A stretch of 63,200 nucleotides of DNA, filler included, from Choristocarpus tenellus KU-1152 (taxonomy: Eukaryota > Protista > Phaeophyceae): NCBI GenBank assembly GCA_964200185.2. It is 9 parts of 9 records of this genome, joined end to end, with 100 filler letters (N's around TTAATTAATTAA, not from the genome) between each part and the next. Parts side by side here need not be neighbours in the genome. Positions count along the whole stretch, not along the records: positions 44,349 to 52,129 come from CAXNAD020005586.1; positions 52,230 to 56,962 come from CAXNAD020013286.1; positions 57,063 to 63,200 come from CAXNAD020008853.1; 6 more parts are not named here. One strand, 5' to 3'. The notes beneath the pieces were generated by a model that was not told the origin of the DNA, did no database searches, and saw only the letters and a list, made by a program, of their open reading frames with translations. The position numbers were made by a program, and so were the translations under genes. Below, one piece after another: positions 51,801-63,200 of this stretch (position 1 is its first letter; the number at the start of each line of letters is the position of its first letter).

Positions 51801-51865
51801 CGGCTGCTCTCGTCAACAAACACCTGAAAATATTGGTGGCCAGTGATGTTTGCTTTACAAGGTCC
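48827..51865 (-). mobile_element. Second Ty1/Copia copy (same family as 37522-41372): 3' LTR 48827-49131, RH, RT and integrase core; interrupted at 51865
   Basis: LTR is the reverse complement of the 41060 LTR; PPT; integrase FVDE..., ISGDGAGEL, SNGIAER; RT YVDD; stops and frameshifts. Confidence 0.95.
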
Positions 51866-52129
51866 TGTTGAACTATCCCACCCTGGACCCGCGGCTTTTA
51901 TGGTGCTTTAATGAAGGACAAAGAACAGCTTGATGTAGATGAACAATGTTAGTATTACAAGGGCCTTGAGGTCTTTGTGGTCTCGATTCCGCTGACCAAG
52001 TGTGTGGGTGAGACTAGCCTAAACTACCATATTATTATTCTACAGTGTGGGGTTTGTGATCGTCCACACTATTTTACTATGAATTACTTATTTACTTATC
52101 TAAAGTATAGAAAGTGTATCTTGAACATG
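51866..52129 (-). mobile_element. LTR of a third family inserted in the Copia integrase (cut by spacer)
   Basis: Starts TGTTGAAC; reverse complement matches ~33894-34147 solo LTR. Confidence 0.85.
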
Positions 52130-52920
52130 NNNNNNNNNNNNNNNNNNNNNNNNNNNNNNNNNNNNNNNNNNNNTTAATTAATTAANNNNNNNNNNNNNNN
52201 NNNNNNNNNNNNNNNNNNNNNNNNNNNNNAGTACCTATAAAGTGGTTGATAGAAGACCAAAGAAATTGGGTGGATGATGAAAATAATAAGAGAACTTTTA
52301 GTGGAAGCACTTTTACCTCCCTTATGCCCCAGTCCTTTTTATCTTTGAACGAAACATTGAGTCAAGCTTTGAGCTAAGCACTGAGCGGAGTATTAAGAGA
52401 AATGGCTATCTTGACACCCTACAAACCGTTGTAAAAGGCAACGCCCCCATAGCGTCTTTTTAAGGTAGTTGGATTTGAGTTTACATCCCGTGGAGGTGAG
52501 TTCTGAGGGGTGCCTGTAACACCTATTTCGTCCCACTTATAAAACATGCTGCAGCGAGGGTTCTACGCAGCTCTGATGTAGGTGATTTCATGCCCTCCTG
52601 CTCCACAAGGGTATCAAATATAAATTTTCAGTGTTGGCAGAATGTTATGACTGACTGTGAAAGAATATATGATGATGGTATGTACTCTTGATTGAGTACA
52701 TACCATGCATATTTTTATTATACCCTCTCTTACATTTTTTCGGGGTGTCAGGGGAGGGGACAAACTGCGACCAAAACTATGAAATATGATAAGAGCTAGT
52801 GTAGGTAGAACAGTTCGTCGTCAATGATGAGATACCTCCCTATAGTAGTATAGTAGTATGTACTACTTGAAAATAAACAACACAACAATACCCCCTTGGA
52901 GACTGTTTCCTAGTATGAAA

Positions 52921-54330
52921 TGTGCTCACTGCCTATTCTTCTAACCTAGCCCTATGAAGGTAGGTGAGGAGCTCAGGAAGAATCCCAGGAATCGGTCAGA
53001 CCCCTTCTTACCCTCCTGTCCGGTGTCTGCAGGTTGAAATTTATGACGTGTCTCGAGATAGTCACTCGTGCAGTGACGGACCATTTTCTCTCTCAAACGA
53101 GACTTGACACCCCCTTTCCAGCAATACCCCCCAAACCCTACAGGACCATTGGCCAAAAACCAAGAAAGTTTCTCCTTACTCCCAAAACTTTGTTTGGAGA
53201 AGGTGGCATAAACTATCATCCTTGAGTACATACCGTCATCGGTATGTAATACGATTTAGCATTATAATTTATTATGTCATACCGATCCCGGAGATCCCCC
53301 TATCTATATGTATTATTATGCCCTCTGATATTTTTCACATGTGTCAACGAAAAAGCCAAACCAGTATCACAATGAGTTGTGGTAAATATGAAAGATATAT
53401 CTCCAAATATATGTGTACTAGTTGATTACCAACTATACTATAAACACTCCCTAAAAAGTTTTGTAATCACAACGTTATGTGTACATTACTGCTATGCCTC
53501 CAACCTAGCTTAGGCCTACACAACTGGACGAGGAGCTAGAGAAGCATCCCAACAATTTGCCTGGTGTTTCAGCTTGAAACGCATGGCACGTCTCGAGAGA
53601 GTCACTTACGTAGTGACAGGAACTTTCTGTTGTAAGCGGGGTTTGACAGCCCCCTTTCTGATATAACATCCGGTTCCCTATCTCTATCAGTATGCCCTCT
53701 GAAATTTTGCAGATGTGTGAGGGGAAAACCAAAAGACCCAAAGTATCGGTGGGCGGGGGGGGCAGTCTACACCTTGGTTTCCATTTTGGACCAAAACCAG
53801 GAAAAGTGCACTTACATTATCCATTCGACGTATGCAACCAAATCACCCAAAGATCACGACATGAAAAAATTGACCCTAAATGGACAGCTGCCACCCCCCC
53901 CAGATACTTTGAACAAAACCAATAATAGTATGTCACAAGGAGGAGTATTGCTGTAAAAACAACTGTGTCGTCATCGTCATCGACGACAAGGGTTTTCTAG
54001 AAAAAAGTTACTTGTAGTAAATAAAAATACAACATGTGCCCTTGTAAAAGTTGTTTACTATAAAGTGATGTGTGCAGTGTTATGCTTCCATCCTAGCTTG
54101 CCCCTACGAGGTGGGCGATGACGTAGCGAATCATACCAAGAATCTGTTAGACCCTTTCTTGCCCACTTGCTTGGTGTCTCGATACCTTGAAGCATATGAC
54201 GAGTTTCACTTGTGGGGTAACTGACACTATCTGTCTTGAACGGAACTTTGAGAACCCTTTTCCTACAATATCCTCTAACCCCTCTCCTCTTACACAAATA
54301 ACCAAGTTGTGAAACCCTCCACTTCCTTTC
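52921..54330. repeat. Three diverged direct copies of a ~220-260-bp unit
   Basis: Anchors CCTAGC at 52945, 53504, 54092 followed by shared GGTGT(C/T)T, TTGAA, TCACT and TTGA..CCC.TTT blocks. Confidence 0.7.
53735..53915. mobile_element. MITE family B, complete, diverged
   Basis: GACCCAAAGTATCGG ... CCCCAGATACTTTGAACA; body collinear with 28641-28816; A-run on both flanks. Confidence 0.82.
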
Positions 54331-55110
54331 CTTTCCGATGAATAGAAGAACTGTATGGATTCTTTTTTGTCTGTAGTCTCCCAACTTTTTGGTTGTGAAG
54401 ATTATTATTGGTCTATATTTTGTACGTTGCTGTCAACTCACGTGATAGAACAAATTCCACAAGGAGTTCACTACCATAGATACAATGCCAAAATTTTATA
54501 CTTACAGACTACTGGTAGTATTATGGTTGTATAACTGTTACTACTGTTAGTTTGTGGTACAGTTATGACAAAATCAATCACAATCAATCACAATCAATCT
54601 CAATCAGTCATAATCAATCTTGTATATTGAATGAGTATTTTCTAATTTATGTATGTTATGAATATATATTGTTCAATCTCTGATTGGTAACAACATTCTT
54701 GGATAATAATGGGAATACGTGAGAATGACCATAATTCGAATACGCATATACTCCATGGAATAGATACCCTCAAACCAGATCCTTACTATATTTGGGTTGA
54801 AGAGGAATTAACAGAATACAGAAAATACACCTCCTGAACAGAACCGAAAACGAGGAATTTTTTCTCTACTGGCTTTATCGTGTTTTCTTGACAGCTGGAT
54901 TTTTAGTGGGACACATATTCTCATTGTATCTTAGAGTCACCCTGTGGTCCGCAGTCTTCAATTTGTCCATAACGCACCAAAACTGCAATTTCTGGAGGAG
55001 ACAGAAGACCGTGCGTTGCACGAATTCGCCTGGTGGACTACCTTTGCAGTCTTGTCCTACATGGTCTTACCATACCTCCGTACCATTTCATCTCAAATAC
55101 CAACTTGGCC

Positions 55111-56136
55111 ATGAAGTTGATGAAGTTCTTGTGGCCTAGGGGGAAAGATAAGGGTAGGGGAAAAGCCCGATCCGCACCGACTCTTGCGTCCTCCGCAGAC
55201 CAGTTGGCCGAGGGAAATACTGCCGCTGCTTGGGAGGAAACGCTGCAATCCGTTATTCCCGCTATCGTTGTCATCCGCGTGTGCAGGGTGAGGGCGTTCG
55301 ACTCCTGTGGCGCTTCTTACTCCTATGCGACTGGATTCGTGGTGGACAAGGAAAAGGGAATTGTCCTCACTAACCGACATGTGGTCACTCCTGGTGCGAG
55401 CAACCTGGATATGTGATGTGTTCGTTGTTCATCTGCAGAGAGATGTCCTCCCGTACTGGATATTGGGTTATTGCGATACACACCAAAGTATATCTCACGT
55501 CTCATGTCTTGGTTTGATTGCATGTATCACTCGATACTGTTGAATCTCAGCGCCAGTTGATACACTGTGAGGTGAATGGGAATATCTCGTTCTAATGTGC
55601 AACTTAGTTTGGTACACATACACGTTGGGATGGTTTTCCCTGGACACACAAACGTGCAACTATATAGGTTCCTGCTGTGAGTATACTGATTTGTGTTAAC
55701 CTTAGAATTGAACGTCCACCCCCGACAGAACGGTCTGAGGTAACAACTCGCTTTAGACTGCACACTTCAATATCAAATGGTCGGACTTTGTCCCCCTTCT
55801 CCTTAAATACCACCCCTAAAATTACCTTCTCCCTCCAAAGATCTCTTTGTTCATGACCATACTCCATCCTTCCTCTAAATGAAGACATCTTGTGTGTGCC
55901 CTCGTTCCGTGGACCGTGGTAACAGGCCCTGTCATTGCGGACGCTGTGTTCATCAATAAAGAGGAGGTGGACTTGTTCCCCCTTTTTTACGATCCCGTGC
56001 ATGACTTTGGTTTCTACAGATTCGATCCCAAGGCGGTGAGGTTCCTCGACATCGCCGAGATTCCACTCGATCCTGAGGGGGCTCAGGTCGGCGTAGAGAT
56101 ACGTGTGGTCGGCAACGACAGTGGAGAGAAACTCAG
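55111..56136 (+). CDS. NMA111: Nma111/Deg7-type HtrA serine protease, first two exons (55111-55393, 55926-56136), 3'-truncated at spacer
   Basis: RAFD...[23 protein letters not shown]|[13 protein letters not shown]...[14 protein letters not shown]...[15 protein letters not shown], including catalytic His and Asp motifs. Confidence 0.92.
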
Positions 56137-57275
56137 GTAAGACAACTATCCAGCAGCACGCGACAAAATTGGTAGAATCTGGGGAAGTGGATAAGGCATG
56201 GGAGGTTGGAGCAAAAGGTATGCAGGTGCTGGTGTTATATATCGACATCGTCAAGGGCACTCTTTGTATTTTGATACCCATCCCTCCTATATTTTATGCT
56301 ACCTGCCACCTCACCCATGAGTTCTGTCTTTGTTTAGACCATTTGCTTTTGTTGTCCTCTTGCAATATCCTTGGGAGGTATTCAGTCCTCCTCCCCCCCC
56401 CCCCCCCCCCCCCTTTCCCTCCCCCCCTTCTGAAGTGGCCCTCTTACCATGTTATTGTAGCAGCCAGGAGTGTAGATGCAGTTGCAACTGTAGCTGCGCA
56501 GCAGTAGTGCGAACTGTACATATGACAAAGTGGAGGCAGTAAAAGGGTCAAAATACATCTTCAAGAATTATGTCGTGAAAAAGGGTCAAGATACATCTTC
56601 AATACAGGTTGTTTCTTTTTGAAGATAGCCGATACAGTTTGATTAGCCAAGGAACAGGCTTCACCCTTTAAGCTGTTCAGTGAGGTGCCATGGGTGTTGT
56701 GGTAGGTACTGTTGTGTTGTCAAGCATCGCTCTCACACTAATACCCTTCGACATATGCTGCAATGTAGTTTGTGAAGTAAAAAAAAATTGTCACGAGAGA
56801 ACATGTACTTTTGCTGGGTTTTTTTTTTTACTCATTGCAGTGGACTTACACCTTACCCTCAATCCCCCTTTTTTCCACCGAAATGACAACCCTTCATCTA
56901 CTCATTCGCCTGCCTAGTACACTCCTTGCGTAAGTTCTTTACCACAGTATGTCTACTAGCCCNNNNNNNNNNNNNNNNNNNNNNNNNNNNNNNNNNNNNN
57001 NNNNNNTTAATTAATTAANNNNNNNNNNNNNNNNNNNNNNNNNNNNNNNNNNNNNNNNNNNNATGTGCTAGGCATATATTTTCGTCTTGAGGTTGCGTCA
57101 CAGTAAGATTACACTAGGAGAGCGACAATATGTTTTAGAAAGACTGAAGAGACTTTGAGGTAGAAGGTATATACAGTATTCTTTCCTTATGGCGAGGCGA
57201 GAGACGCACATTAACATATAAATATCATTTCTAAAAAACGCTCGTAAACGTTTCCATCCTATCCATGAAGCTTAT

Positions 57276-57456
57276 GATTGATTTCCCTGCTCAACACGAC
57301 AAATTAGTCGCATCGATTATTGATTTCCCTGCTCAACACAATAAATTACTCGATTCCACGATAGATTTTCCAGCTCACCACGATTAATTACTCGATTCCA
57401 CGATTGATTTCCCACGAATGCCAAGATTGTTAGTCGATTCGATAATTGATTTCTCA
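57276..57456. repeat. ~42-bp tandem repeat, 4-5 degenerate units
   Basis: GATTGATTTCCCTGCTCAACAC.A.AAATTA.TCG.. repeated head to tail. Confidence 0.8.
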
Positions 57457-58038
57457 GGTTTGTGATACAAAAACGATATTGTACAACATCAATTCTGTAC
57501 GGCATTTCTTGGGCATGCCCATGGGTGAAGAAAATCGGGTAACCTACTGCATTTAATACAACAAAACCAAATCTACATGCAAGCAGTCGATAGTAGAGGA
57601 TGAGAGACGATCCCCTCAAAAAAAGGCAAAAAAAAACGAATGGTAGGATAACAAACAAGACACCACCGCACAAGAAGGAAAGGTAGACTCTTAGATGGAC
57701 CATACAAGAGTGCAAATTGTCCCTTCCTCCATACCAAACCCCTGCACTAGGAACTCTCGTGTTACCGTTCAGGTGCTGTGATTGATCCACAGGCAGATCC
57801 ATCTCTTACGCCAGTAGCTTGCAACATATAGACGAGACACTGTCAACTTTGGTTGCCAAAATTCGCTCATCATCACCGCTACTTACCCTTGTTGCATTCA
57901 TAATGGGCATTCCTTCTCGTTGCTACTCAGAAAAAAAGAAAGATACGATTCTGTCTATCAATGGTGTCGACAGATCGATGTTGGGTTGGCATGCAATGTG
58001 TCCCCCACCTCCTACACAAATGCAAGTGAAGAATTATG

Positions 58039-61000
58039 TCAATTCTTCATCCACTTCTGGTCCAGAGCAGCTCGCATTGTGGCCGCACCCTCAACCAAGT
58101 CTGCACCACCCCTTCCAAACAAAAAACTCCCAGCTGTGAGGATATTGGCACCTGCTGAAACACAAGCCGACACTGTGGAGGCATTCACCCCACCGTCCAC
58201 CTGAGAAGCAAGAGTAGGAAAACAGTCGACATTGATCCGTAGGTGATAGGAACCCTTCTCGATTCAGTTACACGCTATTATATATTTCAATAACACACTT
58301 TCAAGTTGTGTCATACACATACTGTACTCCTTATTAGTCCTGTTTCAGTTATCGCAAGGGGCACGAGTAGGAAGTGACATTTTCTTAATGGACACATTCT
58401 ACTCACACCTATGAGAACAGATGTGCTGCACTAAGTCCACATAGGAACCGCATGAGACAGGTTAAACAATTGAAACCACACGCATACAGTTACATGTACA
58501 CAATAGTCACAGACATAGCATGCGTCTCTTTCACTTTGACCCACCAATGCCCCTAAACAGCAACGCTTCTAATTCAAGGTCCTCTCTCCTTCAGTAGTCA
58601 ATATTTCTTTTCCCTCACCTGAATGTCCAGCACAGGACACATGGACCTGAGTTCTTGGACCTTGCTCAGAACACTTTCATCAAACCTTTGTCCCCCAAAC
58701 CCCGGCTGCACCGCCAGCACATCTACACAATGCAGTAGCTGCCGTGGATGGAGAAGGGGAAGGATGGCAGAAGCAGGGGTCTGGGGCTTCAAGGCCACAC
58801 CCACACGCATACCTGCTGCCCTGATTTTCGTGGCCTGTTAAGCTCAAGAAACGCATGGTTGCGTCCAGATCAGGAGGGTGACAAAGGTGCCAGGGGTCGG
58901 GCATGGCATTTGTAAATTGTGGGGTTAACATTGGGAGTGGGGGAAGGTGGAAGAGAACGAGGTAGGGCAAACAGAATAAATGGGGAGAGGCATAACTCAG
59001 GTGCAATCCCAATCCTTAACCTCCAACTCTTCCCGTGAGCTCACCTTGATCGGCAGTATTCCATACATTGGCACAATGCGGTGATAGCTCTTCTTCACAG
59101 CAGACACAAGTTCAAACATGTTCCTCCCGCCACAATGTATGTACCTATGCATCGTCGTCGTGTGTACACACTCAAGATGATCCATGACCAACTTTGTTCC
59201 AGTTCTCAATTCGACAACCTTCTCTCTCTTTTTTGCCCCAAACCCCCTCATGTTCACCAGCAAGGTTCAACACCAACACAACTCACAAGTTGAACTGCCT
59301 CATTCAGGCCTCCCGTCAAAGCCTCCATGTGGAAGAGCACCTGGCTCGCTCCTGCCTCTCCTAGGTCATTCACGTACTCCCCTGGGTTCTCCACGGCGAG
59401 GTGAACATCCAGGAAGCACATTGGGTGATGGCGGTGGAGGCTTGCCACTACTGCTGGGCCAAGCGTGAGGACCTTCATCAGTAAGCAAAAAATCAAGGGC
59501 AGGGGTGGGTAGGTGAACAAGCATAAGGAGGCAGGATGACGGAGATGGTAATGGATGAATAGCTACCAAGAAAAGATTTCCACCAGAGTCTCAGATATGG
59601 TTTCAGATCTTGTCACAACTGAGACTAGTTCTTAACAAAATAATCAAAAGGCTGAAATTATGCAAACTAGTAATACCTATCACTACCAATTTTAATTTTG
59701 ATTTTTGTTGTATGCTTTCTGATTTGTTCCACGGTAAGCTACCTACCTACAAAGCATAAATAGTGGAGAGACAGAAACTTGAACTATAGCGGCAAGAAAA
59801 ACACAACAGTGGTGGAGCTCCAGAACAGCAAAAACCAAACTTGCATGCAGATTACACTGCTCTCTGCTTAGACCTACCTCATGACAACATCACCAACACA
59901 TCAGGGATCACACTATTTGCAGTTTTTTCCTCCAAGTTGCCTATTTTAAGCAACAACTTACTCTTGCATGCCATCACTCTCCACTAGTCCTAAGCCACAC
60001 CTTGGCAAATCGATTGTCCACAACATCAATATGGATCCAGTCAGCTCCAGCCTCCACCACCCTGGAAACCTCGCCAGCAAGGTCTGCCATGTCTGCCGCA
60101 AGTATAGAGGCGTTCACAATGCCCAATGGCATGCCCCCTCCCAAGCACCGAGCAACCTGTCCTTCCTCTCCCTGTTCACACGCCTCTGTGTTCATGATGC
60201 CACCACTAACCAATGCCTCCCCCATGACACTATCAACAACAATACTTCCCTCCTCACTCGCTGCTTTTACACTCTTTTCTTGGAATCTACTGTTCTTAGC
60301 AAGGGAAGCACGCTATGCAACAAAAAAATACAGGAAAAATACAATGGGGGTGTTGAAAGTGGGGGGTGGGGTGGGGGTGAAATATGAGAAGAGTCGTGAC
60401 AGCATGCTTCTCTTGANNNNNNNNNNTTTTTTGGTGGAACTGTGGTTGCTGGAGAAGGGGAGCGCCGGAGGGGGAAAAAGAGGGGGGGGGGGGGGAAGGG
60501 GGGGGGGGGGGTGGGGGTGAAATATGAGAAGAGTCGTGACAGCATGCTTCTCTTGAGCATTACAACATCAACACCATACATCATTCTTTCAGAAAAAGGA
60601 AAACAATGTTATGCTACATGATGGGTTAATTATGTAAACGGAAACCCAAGAGATGATACCAGTGCAAATAGAAAATAAGAGTAACACCCTCTTAACAATG
60701 CTTGTTGAGTGACTCAACCCTAGTTCAAAAGAGATACTACTGCCATTGTATTTTAATAGCACCAATACTACTCTAGTACAGTCAGACGTTACCCCTAGCC
60801 TGTACAACAATATCAAATATTTTCCCCCCTCAATAACTTTAGGATTAGGCTTGGTACGCACTCACAGCAACAATTTTTTCAATCATATCTTAAGATTTTG
60901 CCAAGATATTGAGATTTAGATTTAAACTACACTACCCAAGCAGTACTCAACCATGTCCCCCTAGTACAGTGGTATCTCACCACATCTTGGCAGAACCAGA

Positions 61001-63065
61001 GTTTGCCAATCAAAACTTGGGCTAGAATACTCTGAATTAATATTTCCTACAGCTGGAGAACAAGCACAGAACGGGAGAGCTCATGCAGAGTACTGAACTG
61101 ATGGCATGTATGAAGATTAAGGTGTCGACTTGGGGAGTGGTCACAACTGCCGTGATGGAATAGGTGTATGTCAACACATCTCTACAGGATCAAGCACATC
61201 AATTCCTACACCTCACCATTCGCACTTCCCACATGCAGCTGGCTTACCGGCTGGAAGATGGGTTTCAGGGAAGGGTAAAGCAATCGGTACCTCCCCAGAA
61301 GCTCACGGTACTCCAGATACGAAGCTGGATCAGGCATCTGACAACCATGTCCACAGGGTTGGAGTGAATTGATGTCAACAGGACAAGATGATGAGTGAAT
61401 TGTGGTGAAAATTTGTATGCAGCATGTAACTGTCACCAATTGCATGTTACTCTGTAAAAACGCTCTGGTGAGAAGCGGATATATGTGTGAAAGCAGCACG
61501 CGTGTAAGTACATCACTTTGAAAAACATAAAAAATACTCAAGCATCAATGGTCCTTTTTATTAAAAAAAGCAAACAGCATGAGCAGAATCTAAAAATAGA
61601 AACCAGAGAATAAATGGTTACTGCGCTTGTTGTTACTGCACATCACCCATCTGACTGGGGAAGGTAGGGTTCATGGGAGTAGATAGTTCAACTTTTCATT
61701 GCCAAATGCAAAAAGGCGCCATGGACTTGTACTATGAATTATAAAGGTGATACCAACAATCAAAACACAATACACACGCAAACGTGCAAACATTCAGAAC
61801 AACAGCAACAAAAAAATGAAAACAGGAAAACAGCAATCGCCCACTGCACTACTATTGCAACAAAAACACAATACACACACCATTCCAAGCATTTTCACCA
61901 GAGTATATACATACATACATAATGCATACATAATTGTAGTAATGGGCATGTGCACATAGTATCTTTCCTGTGACGTTTCCTTCTCCATTTATTGGGGAGT
62001 TTTATCTCTAGTGTATCCATGGTGCATGTGCGATTGATTGATCCTCCTCTCAACAGACTGAAGAAAGACCTTTCAGCGCTGTCTTTGCCTGAACAAAATC
62101 AAACATACATACACTAGCTACTCTCGCAGCAGCACCACCTTCAGATGAATCAAATAGGGCAGGTGCTCAGTTGGAGCAACATTTAGTTACAAGAACAAGC
62201 CACAATGATGGCACGACCATGTCTCTTCAACGCACAGTCATACCCTTAAAATCCTCTACATTCTCGAACACCTACCAAGTATTTCCCTCCCCCTCTCAAC
62301 ACTTGAAGATGAAACACACACACAGTTTCATCGCAAAAAAATAAATGAAACAGCACCAAAGACATCTTCGGCACCAGCCTACAAACCATTGGCTTGTCTT
62401 GTGACAGAGAATGAACTCCTTCCTCCCTCCCTGCTCCCTTCCATCACGCATACCTCACCCCAAGCCCTGACACAATTGTGACGAGAAAGCCAATGCCTCC
62501 TCCCTTTCCCCTCTCCTTTCCCTCTGCACAGAACAGCTACTTGAGAATAACAAAACCAAACACTTTATATAGTCTAGTCGTTTTTTTTTATTTATCTATT
62601 ACACACTAAAACTTGAAGAAAAGTTCAATATTAGTCATCAACTACTGTGTCTTTCCATCCTGCCATATCTGGTTAGTGATCACTAGGTGGTTGAGAGACA
62701 ACATACGATGCACCAAGCAGTCATAACATACATTCAGCAACTTACATGATAGACAACGAGATGCAGTGCCTTGGTCAGAAAAGATCCACCTGCTCCTTCA
62801 GGATGTCCCTGAAGCCACAGTAATTCATAGACAGCAGCCATATCCACCACTACCCTATCTAAAATCAACAATATAGTCCACCACAAGTCTCACAACCTTT
62901 ACATCCACTCACCACAGTCCTCTCCACTTGTACCATGGCATCAACAGCAGTCCTAATATCCTGGTACAGTCCGCTCCCTACTGCAGCCAGGATAGCTGAT
63001 CCCAGGAGACAGGCATCAGGGACTTTGGTCAACCGCAGCGGAACGTTGCTTACATTTGCATGGAT
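58039..63065 (-). CDS. FGGY-family carbohydrate (pentulose) kinase C-terminus fused to ribulose-phosphate 3-epimerase; 5' part beyond window. Exons 63065-62913, 61337-61248, 60312-60001, 59472-59287, 58834-58619, 58200-58039
   Basis: Kinase end IHANVSNVPL...DACLLGSAILAAVGSGLYQDIRTAVDAMV...|MPDPASYLEY...YRLLYPSLKPIF; linker; RPE motifs SILAAD, WIHIDVVD, LDVHL, FHME, GVALKPQT, VQPGFGGQ, QVDGGV, AGANILTAGS. All five introns GT-AG, phase 0. Confidence 0.85.
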
Positions 63066-63200
63066 CTAACTAGGCAGGAGTAAAGGGTGAGGGGTGTATG
63101 GGGGTAGTCAACTATCTGAGCAGGTATACAACATTTCTGTAGACATGCCACGTATGAGCCTTTCAACAGTAGGTGGATTTTGTCTGTGGCTTGGTTTTGC

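Noticed and set aside
55604-56281. 225-aa minus-strand ORF, and similar ORFs at 49306-49830, 60002-60520, 38756-39070
   Set aside because: Antisense shadows of NMA111, Copia and RPE coding sequence.
56542-56602. Short tandem duplication AAAGGGTCAA.ATACATCTTCAA
   Set aside because: Two-copy local duplication in an intron with no further structure.
57276-57456. CRISPR-like array
   Set aside because: Units are head-to-tail degenerate repeats with no unique spacers; no cas genes; eukaryotic context.
60361-60556. Direct duplication of GTGGGGGTGAAATATGAGAAGAGTCGTGACAGCATGCTTCTCTTGA
   Set aside because: The copies flank a 10-N gap next to poly-G; typical unmerged contig overlap.

Overview
Eukaryotic nuclear DNA: intron-rich genes, TTAGGG-type telomere motifs and heavy transposon load; probably a stramenopile such as a brown alga or relative (inference only). 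The window is nine sequence blocks joined by eight artificial 100-nt spacers (44 N + TTAATTAATTAA + 44 N), so adjacency across spacers is not biological evidence. Spliced genes reconstructed by hand: PAT1 (-, 5'-truncated, one GC-AG intron), a calcineurin-B-like EF-hand protein (+, partial), the SKI2 3' end (-), the endonuclease V 3' end (+), complete GINS1/PSF1 (+), the Nma111/Deg7-type HtrA protease 5' end (+), and an FGGY carbohydrate kinase spliced in frame to ribulose-phosphate 3-epimerase (-). Mobile DNA: an internally deleted Copia with both LTRs, 5-bp TSD and half-tRNA PBS; a Gypsy > Copia > third-LTR nest; a solo LTR in a GINS1 intron; and about 17 copies or fragments of three related MITE families sharing an AAAGTA terminal core. 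Several decayed pseudogenes are present, including TTLL and dUTPase relics. Best leads: the kinase-epimerase fusion, MITEs leaving both 3- and 4-bp TSDs, a telomere-repeat micro-insertion inside a MITE TIR, and CpG decay between Copia copies. No wholly new biological system can be claimed from sequence alone.
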